Source of the DNA: the human T2T-CHM13v2.0 reference genome, Homo sapiens
NCBI RefSeq assembly: GCF_009914755.1
Contig: NC_060927.1
Reading direction: 5' to 3' (one strand)
DNA: 64,000 bases
Shown here piece by piece: positions 1-14,249 of the stretch. Position 1 is the first letter of the stretch, and each line of letters begins with the position of its first letter. The notes beneath the pieces were generated by a model. The model did no database searches. It saw nothing but the letters and a program-made list of their open reading frames with translations, and was not told the origin of the DNA. Position numbers and translations under genes: made by a program.

Positions 1-921
1 TACTTGACCTGGGTGAGGACCACTGGGAACATTTGCACCTTTCACCATTGCAAACTTTGACATGTGAGAGTTTCCAGAAATACAGAGATTCTTATTTTAA
101 TCCTTTTTCTTTTTAACTGCAGAAGGGAAATAATAATGGGATAGAATAACTGCAGGGAGTAGAGAGATGAGAAAACATTAGAAAAAATAGTACAGAAGTA
201 GAGCTGGATGAGAATCCAAGTTATGAGAACCTATTGATGAGAGGCATGCAGAAATAAAAAGCCCAAATTCAGTGATCTAAATCAGGGCTCAGATGAGGCT
301 GTTTGTATTGCACGGTAGGAATATATCCAGAAACAGTGGGCCTTTTATAAATTAAGCCTGCCATTCTCCAATTGCTTAAGACACTGAGGCCCATCAGGCC
401 AGAAACATATGACCCACTTTTTCTGAGAAGGAACTTTCCCTTTAGGAGTGGTAATTTAGAAGAAAAGAACAAGCCCAATGAATAGTCCCTTATGGGAGGC
501 ATCTCAGCAGAGGCCCTTTTTGGGGGCAGGAGGGATTGCATAGCAATACTGCCTACCCAGAGTTGTTGTTCCCAGGCTAGGGTCCAAATCAGGGCAGGGA
601 GATCTACTGGAGGCAGCGTATCACACACTAGTTGTCCAAGAGATGGAGAGAGAGTGCAAAATCTGAGCTGTGCTTATGGGAAGCTCGGAGTCTCACAAAA
701 CTACACCCATGCTGCCCATGGTTTATGTTTAATGAATGAAATGATGATTAAGATAGGACAATTGGACAAAAAGGCTGGGCCTTCTTAGGTGGGTATTGAG
801 TGGGAAGTGATTCAAGAGGCCAGACATTCTGTCTGGATATTAGCTGGAAGTGGGGCTGGACAAGATGAACTAGAGCCCTCTTGTGGTCCCATCATTCAGG
901 CCTGTAGCTTTCATTTGAGAC

Positions 922-1106
922 CAGTGGTTCTTAAACTTTTGCAGGGATCAGAATCACCTGGAGGACTTGCTAAAGCACAAATTGCTGGGCCCCACCCCAG
1001 CGTTTCTGATTCAGTGGGTCTGGGGTTGGGACTAGGAGTGCATTTCAAAGCACTTTCTGGAGATATTGATGCTGCTGGTCCTGGGACCACACTCTGAGAT
1101 ACAGTA
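922..1106. mobile_element. MER5A hAT-Charlie DNA transposon
   Basis: cagtggttcttaaactt...gaatcacctggag...gctgggccccacccc...gatgctgctggtcctgggaccacactctgaga; flanked by tttgagac/atctagac TSD-like 8-mers. Confidence 0.85.
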
Positions 1107-1777
1107 ATCTAGACCATGAAGGAGGTCTGGATCCTGGGGAGGGAATCCGCTTTCTGCTTTCTTAGGCACTAGGAAGGCAAGGAGATACTTGGGGCTGGAA
1201 GGTGGCAGGGGAGCATGGAAGGGAGGAGTCCTTGTCCATCGTGTCTCACCATCTGAGGAGCTGTCATCCTTTATTCATCCTGCCCTTCTGCTTGCCCTCA
1301 GTCTCAGAAATTCCAAAAGACAGCTTATGACCCTGCATTTTTGGTTAAAGAAAGGAGGGAACTGAACTGTCTGCTCTATGAATTCTGGGCTAGTGGGGAT
1401 CATGGGGATTTTGTAAATTATTTTGGTAGCCCGTTGAGTTTTGTCTCAGGATTTCAGCGGAATCCAAACCATGTGACATGGACCATTATCATTCAGCTGC
1501 CACCTCCTGGATCCTGCCCTGTAAACATGCCCAGGGGTCTCTGAGGATGGACGCGTGTCATTCACACACCAAGTGTGTTAGAGACAACAGAAAACCTTGT
1601 TTTTTTCCTGTGTTCTGGTGAAAGTCTTTTCTGTCTTTCCCTTTGTTTCTTCGAGGGAGCTTGAGTGGCAGGATTATTATTAAGAGTACTTTTTAAGTTC
1701 CCAACAATTAGATAGGAAATGAACTGAATGGGAGTTCACATTTTATCTTCAGGAAAATGACCGCAAGAAGGCCTTAC

Positions 1778-2032
1778 TGTGGGGTGGTTAAGAGCATGGC
1801 CTGGCTTTGGAATGCCTGGATTGGGAATCCTTGTTTTGTCACATCATCGCTGTGTGATCCTAAGCCAGTGATGTGACCTCCCTGCACTTCAATTTCCTCA
1901 CCTCTAAAGTTGGGATAATACTACAACTTATTTAGTAGGATTGCTGTAAGGACCAAATAAGATAATATAGCTCATGCAGTTAGAATTGGACCTGTCACTT
2001 ACAGATAGAAGGCAATACATTTTAGTTCTTAC
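1778..2032 (+). mobile_element. MIR SINE, near full length
   Basis: gtggttaagagcatgg...gctgtgtgatcct...tttcctcacctctaaagttgggataata...ggattgctgtaaggac. Confidence 0.85.
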
Positions 2033-2361
2033 TGTAAGACTGAGACATCCAAAGACGTCTCATACTGTAATGTGTGATATTTATGTATATGCTTTTTAAG
2101 GACTACAATCCTTAGTTTCCTACCTACTCAAGGTTATGTTTTGTAGATGCTAACAGTGTACATTCTAGAGAAAATCAGCTGGAGGGAGGAAAATGGTACA
2201 GTTCTAAAATTCTTTAAGCCTCGTTTAATTTTTTACCTGTTACTGCTTTCATCATCACCTCTCACTCTCATTTTCTAATAAGCCTGAAAAGCATGATGGA
2301 GTCATAAATCATGTCTGTAAAATGAAGATGTGTAGACTTTGGTAAGATCTCACATGTGATG

Positions 2362-2665
2362 TTAATAACAATACCTTACATATCTGGCCTCACACTTCAC
2401 TTAAACTGTCCCATTTAATCCCTGAAGTGGTCTCATTAGCTTCTGTTAGTCCCATTTTACAGTTTGTACAGTGGAGACTTCAGAGAAGAACCTGGCCCAG
2501 GCTCCACAGGCAGTTAATGACAGAGCTGGGATTTTTTTTTGTGGAGGAATAGGGGAGACTTTTCTGGTAAAGACCAGAAAACCTGCTAGACAAATTCTAA
2601 AAGAGCCATAACACTCAGAGCGGGGATTTTAACTTCATCTTCTGCTTCAGGGACCACATTGTTCC
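2362..2665 (-). mobile_element. MIR SINE interrupted by the U7 retrocopy
   Basis: cccattttacag...gacttcagaga...ggcccaggctccacag...gacagagctgggatttt|aacttc matches the reverse MIR core. Confidence 0.75.
2551..2615 (-). pseudogene. U7 snRNA retropseudogene
   Basis: Minus strand AGTGTTATGGCTCTTTTAGAATTTGTCTAGCAGGTTTTCTGGTCTTTACCAGAAAAGTCTCCCCT resembles U7 (Sm site AATTTGTCTAG, 3' hairpin); poly(A) at 2532-2540; 15-bp TSD at 2521-2535 and 2616-2630. Confidence 0.93.
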
Positions 2666-2742
2666 CAGTGTGTTTAAACACCTGGCTGGTTTTTCACTTG
2701 GGGTTCTCATTCAGATTCGTGATTCTGTTTACTGAGAGATGA

Positions 2743-3075
2743 TGTCCCAGTTACTCTAGCTCTGTAACAAATGACTCCAAAACTTGGGGCTGTGAAATAA
2801 TCATTTTATTTTGCTCATGGATTCTGTGGGTTATTCAGACTCAGTGTTCCATGATATTTGGGGCCTCAGCAGGGGTGATTCAACCACAGGAGCTAGAGTC
2901 CCCTGGGGTGTCTTTGCCCACGTGTCCCACAGGTGCATGGTTAGGACAGGGACCTCAGATGGGCTGTCATCCAGAACACCTACGTGTGTGGCCTCTCAAT
3001 GTGGTCTTTCTGCCTGGGCTGACTTGGGTTTCCTCAGAGCATGGCAACCTGATTCCTAGTGAGATTTCCGAGAGA
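2743..3075 (-). mobile_element. MaLR LTR (MLT1F/G-like), partial
   Basis: tgtcccagttact...gtaacaaatgactccaaaactt...ttttgctcatggattctgtgggt...cctcagatgggctgtc...acctacgtgtgtggcctctc. Confidence 0.75.
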
Positions 3076-4839
3076 GTGCGGTTGTCTGGCACTTCTGTGA
3101 TCTGGCAATAGCTTCAAGGAAGGAAATATATTTTTACATTGAAAGAAGAGAATATGAGCCATGTGTGCCAGGTACGGGGAGCCACCTGTGAAGATCCTGA
3201 GTAGAGGCTTAGGTCACTGTGGACACAGTGGCAGCAGTGGACAAGGACAAGGGATGCCGGGTCATGCATTCACCCCACAAATATTCCATCTATCTCTGAA
3301 CTAGGCAGAATGAGCAGGGCACCAATCTAATGGCTCTTCTGGATAATCACTTCACATGGGAATCCTAGGACTCCATATTATATTCTTATCCTGTTGAAAA
3401 TTTGACCTTTTAAAGATTTATTTATATTTAGCTCAGGCCTTAAAAATTCCATGTACTATCTAAAAAGGGAAAAGTTCATCCCAGTCAATGTCCTGTCTTG
3501 CTTATGTTTAAGTTGGATAGGAAGAAAAAAATCCACACCAGGAGAAGATTGGTTGTAAAAGTTTATTTTACATTTATGTGAAGTTTATTTTTGGTTCTGA
3601 TATTCTTCATAGGGTAGATATTTCTTTTAAGACTGTTAATAGTGTATTTCCTTTTTATTTGCCACTCCCCACCAAAATAAACCCTCTTTTATTTTTGAAT
3701 CAGCTTCATATCTTCAGAACGTCCAACTTTAAATAATGGTTGGAGAAGCTCCAGGTTAAGTAGAGAGTAAAATCCTATTGCTTTCTGACCTTTGGGTTAG
3801 GATCAAGTGTGGTGTAATAAAATATCAGTCCCAAGAGTCACCTTTGCTGATTTTTTTCCTATTATTCTTTCCTGTTATTCCATATTCATGCAGGTCTTGC
3901 AGCCAAGGATTGTTACATTAAGATCCAATCTGAAATTAAAACTTATGGTTTTAACCAATAAGCTATAAAGCTGTTGAACTCCCACTGGGATGTAGTTACC
4001 TTTTCCTAAACTTCCTGCATTGTCTCCTTTTAGCCCCACAGTTGATTTCTTATTGAGCCTTTGGAAAGTTCCTTGCCGTTTCACAGCCATTTCCCGTCAG
4101 AGTGGGGAATATTGACTGTGCAAACCACTTAAGGTCACAGGCACCACAGCTGTGTTTCTTCTTTGCAGAAGGGGGGTTTCTTTGGGTGGGGCTGTGCTCA
4201 GCCCTTCCGGGTGGTGAAGGTCTGAGGTCACACTGGGAGAGCAGGTCCATATCGGGATTGGGGCTCCAGCAGGATCAGAATGACTTCACCCAGACTTCTG
4301 GACCTGGAACTCATTCTCAGAACCTTCCAGAAGACCCTGCCCTGGAATTGCTTTCAAGGGTCTTTTTCATCTGTGTACAGAGTATATTTCCTTGGAGGCA
4401 GCTTTGCTGAAGGCCCCTTGAGTCAAGGGTAATAGGGTGGGAGCAGCTATACACAGTTGCATTTCAGTGTTTGATGATAAAATGGTGTCCGTTGGTGAGC
4501 ATCTTGGTGGTGAGGAAGTTTATACGACCACAGATGCTTCTCACCCCAAGGTACCCGTGCCCTGTGCTGCTGGTGCCACTCATCCTAGGGCATTCCTGCT
4601 TGGCAGTAGCAGATTCTAGATTGTCCTGTTTGCTGGTTTGGGGGCTGCAGGGGTCTGCAGAGTGCCGCAAGGAGGAGGAGTCCCAGATCACTGGTTGACC
4701 TTCAGCGGGCATTTAACAGCATATTCCATCAGGCCTCACCTACTAGTGTTTTGTTGAGGCTGCTATGTAACTTTGACTTTCTCTGCTGTCTCCTATTTAA
4801 GAGTAAATAAAGGTAGTGACAGTCACAAAAATAGCATCA

Positions 4840-5056
4840 ATGATGACAACTAGCGTTTACTGAGTGCTGACTATACCCAGGCACCATTCTAACCTCTTTA
4901 CCCAAGTTGTCTCTGCTAGTCCTCACCACAGCCCTGGGAAGTGTGTGCTGTCATATACCCATGAAGAAACTGAGGCCAAGAAAGGAAAGCAGCTCTGCCC
5001 AAGGTGTTATAAGCAGAGAGCACCGAGACAGGACCCAAGCCCAATTTGTGTTGACT
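4840..5056 (-). mobile_element. MIR SINE
   Basis: agcgtttactgagtgctgactatacccaggcac...atgaagaaactgaggcc...ctgcccaagg. Confidence 0.8.
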
Positions 5057-6020
5057 GGGGAATCAGTACTCAGTTCTCTTAGTCTTTGGCTGTTTTGTTG
5101 AGTGCCCAGGTCATCCTGGTAGAAGGGAGACAGTGACCCACGTGAAAAAGGATGGCTACAGATGCATGGCTGCATGGCTGTGCGTCATCCACCCTGGAGT
5201 ATCTGCTTGCCAAAAATAGGGCTACCTGCAAAATGCTTTGAGCACTGTGGAAACCAGCCGTTACAACTCCAAACGTTTATTTTTCTGATAATAGGTCAAG
5301 GTTTTCATAATTGAGTTTTAGGGGGGCTAATTTTAGACTTTCTGAAAATCAGTCTCAAGAAACAAAACCCAGAGTCAAGTAAAAGGATGCTTTTGGAACT
5401 GATGATTCTCAGAAGAAGCCATGAAGGGCTCGGCCATAACCCCGGGAAAGCTCACTGGCCAGCAGCCTGGAGCCAGTGGAGCTTCAGGTGGCTTTAATTC
5501 TTCCCTGGATGCTGGTGGTCTCCAGAGACACAGGGGTAAACAGGTCAGCGTCCTTGTCCTCAAGGGCGTCATCCTCCAGGGAGGACATAGCTGGTAATGA
5601 CAAAATGTGGGCCAGCGCCTTCTTGCAGCTGGGCACACAGGGCTAGGGGAACTGAGAGGAGAAAAGGATGAATTTGGCCTTGGCTTGGAGCAGCCTTTTA
5701 ACAGAAACACGCGTAACTTTCCTGCAGATGCACTTCCTGTGAATGAAGAGTCTTGATATATATTTTTCTTTAACAAGAGAAAGCCAGGCTTTTGATTAAT
5801 AATTTATATGTCAATGTTGGGATCTTCATTTTGTTATGAGAGATTTCAGTTACAACAGTGTGAGGTGGGTGGTCAGGAAACATTCCCCCTGGGCTCACTT
5901 TTTGCTTAGAAAAGTCCTGATGGAGAGGTTGAGGTGGGAAGAGAGTGAGGGGGAAGACTCCATGGAGCATGACAGGCATGCTGTGCCTGCCACAGCCAAG
6001 CATGGAGGTCCCAACCATAA

Positions 6021-6303
<283 letters not shown>

Positions 6304-8599
6304 TCCAACCACAATTCTTGTTTTAAAAAATGAAAATAGAGTGAAACAGAAATGGTAGAATCAAGTCACCTTGCTCATTCACAGTCATGTGTGGCTAGGA
6401 CACCATGTGGTCCAGTCTGACACAGGCTGATCCTTTCCCCTCAGGACCCATCCTTGGGGTCGTCCAGTCCTTGGGCTCTGTTCCTCTGATGTGGCACAGG
6501 TGGTCAGTGGGGCAGGGAAGACAGAAAGATGAGGGCCACATCCACAGAAGTCATTTCCTTCCTGTGGTACAGACATGACACCACCCTGTGGGATGAATGG
6601 GGATTCCCATGTTTGCTAGTTACATATGGCCAAGCCCTTCAGCCTTTCTGCCCCACTTCCAGTTTCTTTCTTGGGTGGGAATGCCTTGAGCCTCAGTTAA
6701 TTGTTTGAGTTTTCTTGAGTATAAAAGGAATCCTGGCTGGGCATTGAGTGAATACAATCATAAAACCCAAATGATGCTGTTGGCCTCATCTGAGCTGAGA
6801 GTGGTGTTGGCACCTTCATAGCTGACATCAAATGGATCTCCAAGCCCAAACACTAACAGTGGAACCAGCTATTGCTGCTTCTGGTGTATCATCCAAATGG
6901 GTTTTCCCAGCCATCTTCTGGTGCATTTCTAACATACCCTTAAAAGGCATAAAAAAGTGGCATAGATGATGGCTGGAAAGATTAAGTTCTTTCTGGTGGC
7001 TTCTTTAATTTTGGAATAACCAGCCTTCCTTCAACCCCCTTACATGCATTAGAAACTTCTGAACTGTTTTTGTTCTGTTTTTAATTAGGTTGTGGTACAA
7101 GAGGAGCAATTAATAAAACCTTCCATTTCCACATCTACTGTGAAACTCTGTGACTTCTTCCCGTGTGATGATGGCTAAGTGCGCAGAACATGTGAAATTT
7201 AAGTAGATTTGTGGAAACAGAAACACATTTTTATTTAGTCGTGAGCGTCACTTGGAGTATAAATAGAGCCCTTTATGATTCGTGTGCTGGTCTTTCTTCC
7301 TGGAGGGCTTCAGTATTATCTCATGCTGTCATCTTTATGTTGTATTGGAAAAATCTGGGATTCTTTTTCCCTTGGTCATTATTTGCTTTTTAAAAAATAA
7401 TGTAGTTTTAAAGAATTCTTGCTATTTAATCTCAAGCCCAAACATGGTTTTTAGTGAGGAACTGATACTTAATAAAGTTTGATATTTTTAGTTCTAGAAA
7501 GAATTGTTTTGGGGGGTGGGAGGCTGCAGTTGAGAGGTACAAGAAATGTTCAATGAGGGGAAGACACTCTACTGTGGTTCCATTTGCTCTTTGAAAACTT
7601 GTGTTTCTGTTGGAAAGAAAGGTTTGATTTTGGAAGTTTTAAATGTACTGCATGATGTTGCTAAATTTTAGTTCGTTGCTGGGAAGTTTTGGATGAGCTC
7701 ATTTCATAAGGATTTATGTGCCTTATAGGCCAGTGTGGGGTAAGGGGTGGAGAAGCTTGCCTCCTTCAGAAGGGTCTTCATTCCTAGAGGGATATGGAAT
7801 GACCCACTGCTTTTTGGTGGGAAACGTAAAGGCCAGTCAGCTTTTGGATGAATTTTCAAGGAAGACAGCAGCTGTCCATCTTCAGTCTTGACTTGCCATT
7901 CCCTTAGGGAGTTCCTTCCTTTCACCCATCTTTTTCTCCCCATGGCTTGGCCATGCCACAGTGGTCCCTCGGCTTCAACAGTCTTGCTTGCTTACATCTA
8001 CTAACTGGGCAAGAGAGACCATTCTCCCATTGGCCCTGGACCACCACTCTGATTTGGATTTAGATGGGCTCAGGAATTTTGTTTGGAATCCTTTTGGCCT
8101 TAAACAAAATAATGATGAGAGAAATCTGCCTCCCATAAGTCATAATCTCAGCAGGCTCCTGTGTCTGAGCTATTTCTGTATCCAGGTCCCCAAGAGGGCT
8201 ACAGGGAAAACTTCATCATGATGGGAGGGAAGAAAGAAGGTAAAGTCCTAAGATGTTTGCTTCCTATTCCTTGTAAGGTTTAGCCATGTATAGTCATGTG
8301 CCAGTCACCTAGGGCTGAGAAAGGGGAGCAAGCAGAGAGGGAGAAGAGGAAGAAGCCAAATGAGATGGTTCGTAATTGATTAGTGGAAGTTAAATCATGT
8401 TAAGGATAGGAGGCTTGTCCCCTCCATCATGATTTAGTATATCATCCTTCCCAAGAGAAGTTTTGAGAACTTGTCCTCTGGTATCCAGGAAATGGCCTCC
8501 CCAGCAGTGTGCATAGTCCCAGGGAAGCCGTCTCATGAGCCCCTCCTTCTCTTGACTCCTCTCCTAATGGTCACATGGTGCCACCACTCTTTCAAGCCA

Positions 8600-9070
8600 A
8601 GTCAAATTGCATGCAGCAGAAAACCCAAATAAGTTTATGCAGTAGAGGTTTATTCTCACACCGAAGTAATTCAGCATTGGTATGGTGGCTCCATGGACTT
8701 CAAGGATCAAGGATCCTTTCCTCTTTCTGTTCCACCATCCTCAGAACATGGCTTCCAGTTTCAAAGTTACCTTATGGCCCAATGTGGCTGTTGGAGCTCC
8801 AGCCATCACATCCAAATTCCAGATAGGAAAAAGAAGGAAGAGAGAAGATTACAAAAGAAAATTATCTCCCAGCTAATTTGTCTTTATTTATGGAGTTTTC
8901 CTGGAAGCCTCACATTATGGTTTCTGCTTGTATCTTCTTGACCACCTCTTCTCCAGGGGAGACTAGAAAATGTCTTTTAGGTAGGCATATTGTAGATTGG
9001 AATAAAGTTGAGTTTGGTTAAAAGGGAAAAGTAGAGAATGGATATTGGTTAGGCATATAGTCTCTGCCAT
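8600..9070 (-). mobile_element. MaLR LTR (MLT1J/K-like)
   Basis: gctccagccatcacatccaaattccag...ggagactagaaaatgt...gaatggatattggttaggc...tctctgcca. Confidence 0.75.
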
Positions 9071-10227
9071 GGTCTAGAATATATGAAGAACCTCATGTGT
9101 GAACCTTAATATATTCTGCCAAATATTCTGTTTATAATATCTAACCCTCCTATCAGATCCTAGGCCATTTGGAAGCCAGGAGCTTATCCTCTCCTCTTTG
9201 TATCAAGCCAGGGGCCCACATGTTGGAGTTATAGCCCATCTTTGTTCAATTGATTCAGATTCAGCCCTTGCCTCCCATATCCCTCACCATGGATATGCAG
9301 TTATAAATGATTTCTTGTTAAGCATTTTTAAAAGGTTAACTTCTTCCCAGAGAGCTTTTACATAATTATCCATTTAATGTGTTTTTAATGATAAAGAATC
9401 TAATAGTTATCAATAATGTTGGAAAAGTAATTCTAGGCATGAAAATTAGCAGTATGGTACATATGAAGTACATACCAAGTACTACCTGATTCCAGATATT
9501 AGGAAAACAAGACAGAAGGGTTTCACCACTAGTCAGTATCAGTAGATTGTTGGGGAGAAATCTTTATGAAAAATGCCACTTTTCACTCTTTTTTTCAAGT
9601 TTGAACTGACTGTGGAAAGATGGGAGATGTCTGAGAAAACTTGTGTCAGTACTTCATGTTTGTAAAAGGACAGGGAATCCTTCTGAAAATCTAGTTACAT
9701 AAATTTATGTTCCACCACAAGAAAAATCAGTGGATGGCTGGAAGGCGGGGCTTTCCCTTTTGCTCTGGAAGGGAAGGAAACTCTGACAGCCAGACTTCTC
9801 AGTCGGAAAGTGTCTTTGGTGAGCCTTACTATGTGACTGGCTGATTCACTTTGTCCGCTAAGTCTTGGGAGAGGTGATGTAACCAGGGACTGCAACTTCT
9901 AGGGAAAGGGGAAAAATCACTGTTGGCCCCACCCTCTAGCATTGGAAGCTTAACAGGGCTTTGGCCCACAGCACATGGAAGTTTGAGCTGTGTTTTGTAA
10001 TTCTTTTTTAAATGTTCGCCAGAGCATCCATTATTCTTCCTCATTTTCTCTTCTCCTCTTCCCTCCTTTTCTTCTTTCTTACCTTTTCTCTTTTTTATCC
10101 TGGATGTGCTCCTGTATGGCCATTCTAAATCAACTCAGGTCTGACCTTTGGAAATACGTACAGTAATAAGGAATCCTAGGGGCTTCCTGCTGTATTTCTG
10201 TTTTTGAATTTGATTAACATGAGCTAA

Positions 10228-10420
10228 GAGGTTGAGTAGAAAGAACTTGGACTTTGGTGTCCAAAAGACACGGGTATGAATTCTGACTCTACCATTACTG
10301 GCTCTGTGACTCTGGACGAGTTGCTTTACTTCTCTGACTCTCTAGAATCTCACCTGGAACTTGAGGTTAATTCCTGCTTCAAAGCGTTGTTAGGAAGATT
10401 GAACAAAATAATGTGTGAAG
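10228..10420 (+). mobile_element. MIR SINE
   Basis: gtagaaagaacttggactttgg...ggtatgaattctgactctaccattact...ttacttctctgactc. Confidence 0.75.
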
Positions 10421-10444
10421 GAAAACCCAGCGAGAGGGATGAAG

Positions 10445-10750
10445 AGCAGAGTGTGCTGGGCTACATAGGCTAAACTAAGAAGTTTGGATTTTATTTACAG
10501 TGCTCTGGGAAGCAGGGAAGTGACCTGATATTGTAGATATTTTCAAAAAATCACTCTGGGCCTGTGGAGTGAATGGAGGACAGGAGCTGGAGTGGAAGCA
10601 GATAGCCCAGCTAGGAGGCAAGAACAGTGGACAAGACGGCTGGACTAGTGTGGTCACAGAGGGAACAGACGGAAGCAGTGATTCTTGAGAACTTTTGGAG
10701 GTAAAGACACTAGGAGTAGCTGAAGTCTTAGATGTGAAAAAGGGAGGGAA
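10445..10750 (-). mobile_element. L2 LINE fragment
   Basis: aagaagtttggattttat...ttcaaaaaatcactctgg...ttttggaggtaaaga, typical reverse L2. Confidence 0.7.
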
Positions 10751-11208
10751 AGAGAACACTCAAACATGGATCTTAGGTTGGGTCTTGAGCGCGTGATTGG
10801 TGAGGACTGTTTGACAGTGTAGCCCAGGACTGTGCATGGGGATGACACCCACAAGATGTTGGCTGGCTGGCTGGATTCATGACTATCTGGAGGAAAGAGA
10901 GAATGCGTGTTCTTAGGCCATGTTGGATGCTGAATGCAGTGGGACAGACCCGGTTCTATTTCTTGCTTTGAAGAGATTGTGTTCCAATTATCTGCCCTGT
11001 TTAGATGGCAGCTTCCAGAATCAAGTTGGTCAGTTTTGAGCAAGATCTGGAAAGCAAGACAATGTCTCAAAAGCATCAGGACCCCTGATATCCACCTTGT
11101 TAACACCGTAGATGACTTCGGTGCCCTCCCTGCAGCCGTCTGCTTTAATTGTCAGAACAAAGTGAAAGCGAACTCAGAGTGGGACTTGGGATGGGCTTTG
11201 GAACTGAG

Positions 11209-11351
11209 CAGCATTCTCAAAGCTGGGTGCTGTAGTGGCATGACTATTACAGGTGGGGCCAGGACCCCACTTCCACAAAATTCAATTGGATACATCTGGT
11301 AGGAGGTGTTCACCTGGAAATCTGGGTCTTAAACCACTTTGAGAAACACTG
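11209..11351. mobile_element. MER5-family hAT fragment
   Basis: TIR-like ends cagcattctcaaag ... ctttgagaaacactg. Confidence 0.6.
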
Positions 11352-12426
11352 TCCTGGAGGTAAGCAGCCCCTGTTCTGGTTCTTTTTCTTCCACTTTTTA
11401 AAAAGGAAATCAGTTTGGTGGCAAAATCTCCCCTTCCTGTCCATAATTCAGACTACGACAGCAATTAGAGGCAGGCAGCCTCCCCTCCAAGGAGAAAGAA
11501 ACCCTCCACGTGTTTTATGAGTATATTCCTAATAATGACAATAGCAGCAAACAAACACCATAGTGGTGATTTCATACTCATGAAATTATTGTCATGGAGT
11601 TAGAGCCTAGATAAAAGTGTTTGGCAAGTCTCTAAAGCATATTTCAAGAGAAAAAGGAGGCCAGAATTTATAGAATCTAAAAATAGCAGTTGAAGTGCAG
11701 CTGTGTTTAGCTTGTCAGAGAACCTGTTGAGTCAAGATGGGCAGGGGATTTTATTTCTCTGGCCCTGAGGTCATTTGTCTTGTTTAAGAAGGGGCAGCAA
11801 ACATTTCCAAATAGGGATTGACTTTTAAGGGGAGGAAGATGGCTAAATGTATATGGTATTTCTTGTTTTCTGCTCTTACTCTTCCTACCTCCAACCCCAT
11901 TCCAAATTTCCTCTTAAGAAAAGGAAGGAGAGTTTGTTTTTCTCAGTAGAGTAAGTAGTGACTGCCTAGGTGGCAGGATTTTGGATGGTAGTGGTGATGT
12001 TACTTATTGATGGCACATTTGATGACTGTTAGTCCATGGAGTGGTGGGGGTAGACTAACTATCTGGTCTTAGTGGGTTCTGTACAATCCCATTAAGTTGA
12101 AGGAATAAACCTGTAGTTGGAGAAATAACAGTGTGACTTCTCCAAGACTGATTGGCTGACTTTTGGACCCTCTTTGTCCCATTTCTAGTCAGGAATTATG
12201 TCTTCTACTGTTCCACAACCCACAAAAGAAGATGTCTGTTCCACTTCTGGCCTAAGCAATCCTCAAGCCTCTATACTTAACAACATTGGAATGTCACCAT
12301 CTTAAAACTTGTCAACCAGTAGGCCTTCAAACCTCCTGCCCTTTAATATTTATTGAAACCTTGGTGGAAATGAATTCTGTTTTTGGTGGAGTGCGTGAAG
12401 TTATTTCCCTCCATTAGTTTGTAGGC

Positions 12427-12570
12427 CAGAGGTTGAAAACTAGTGGCCCGCAGGCTGAGTCTTCCTCACCGTCCCACTTTGCTTGCCTGGCAAAGTGTTA
12501 ACCTATACAATTGCCAATATTGGAAAACTGGGATACTTTGTTTACAAATCTTTATTTCTGGATTCTCCTG
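12427..12570 (+). mobile_element. MER102-like hAT fragment
   Basis: cagaggttgaaaactagtggcccgcaggc start; tttacaaatctttatttctgg. Confidence 0.45.
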
Positions 12571-13439
12571 GGTTGCTCTAATATATATTCTTGGTTTAGA
12601 TTTCTTTTCTGGAGAGGTGTCCCCAGACTGCTGTGCATAGGTCCTTGTCCTCCCAGAGTAGCTCACCTGTGGGTCATGATGAGAAATAGCCACTGTATTT
12701 TATTTGAGGATAATAAGAAAGGGGTTAAATAAATTGTATGTTGAGCACCTAGAAAACATATGCATGTGCATGATGAGCACCCTGTAAGCATTAGCTATTA
12801 TTGCTATCATCATCAGCATGTTTAATGTATTTTCTGTTGAGGGTTCCATTGAGGACATTGTTCATGACATAACCCAATGTCTTATGAGGCCTCATGAAAG
12901 ACATGTCTGTCAGATCTCAGTTCCAGAAAATAGCTGTCCTTCTTCTGAATTACTGGTTCATCTGTACCTTACTCATGCCCCCAATCTTATTTCTATCTTT
13001 GCACTAGCTTTGCAGAAGCTCAGAGGCAACTATGTAGTTCATGTCTAGCAGGAGGACTTGGATTCGATTTGTTGATCCCTTGGTTTCACATGCCATAATT
13101 TCCTTGCTTCTCTACTTTTCTCACTTATTTTGTTGTGAGCATTATTGTAAGCAGCCTTAAATCCTGTTGGAACAAGGCTGGGTGTAAATTAAAAAACAAA
13201 TCAAGCATCCATTCCTCTGAGAGGTTATATAATCACTGAGAATAGGCTTCCACATCAGGACAGGTTTCATGTCTTAGCCTTGGGACTACATGTTTTCTCT
13301 TTCCCTTCTGGACACTACTGACCTCTCATTGTCATGTTGGACTTGATTCTATCAGTTGTGCTCATGCTTTCCCTTGAATCTAGATAACCTGTAACTTCTG
13401 TTACAGAATGAGATGGCTTATTTCCCTGGGTAGACTGAC

Positions 13440-14189
<750 letters not shown>

Positions 14190-14249
14190 GGCAGTGTAAT
14201 TATTTGAAGACCATAAGGTTGGGCATACAGCATAGAGTATCTAGCCCTT

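Noticed and set aside
2551-2615. Functional U7 gene
   Set aside because: Poly(A) and TSDs show retroposition; embedded in a MIR with no evident snRNA promoter; substitutions in the histone-pairing 5' region
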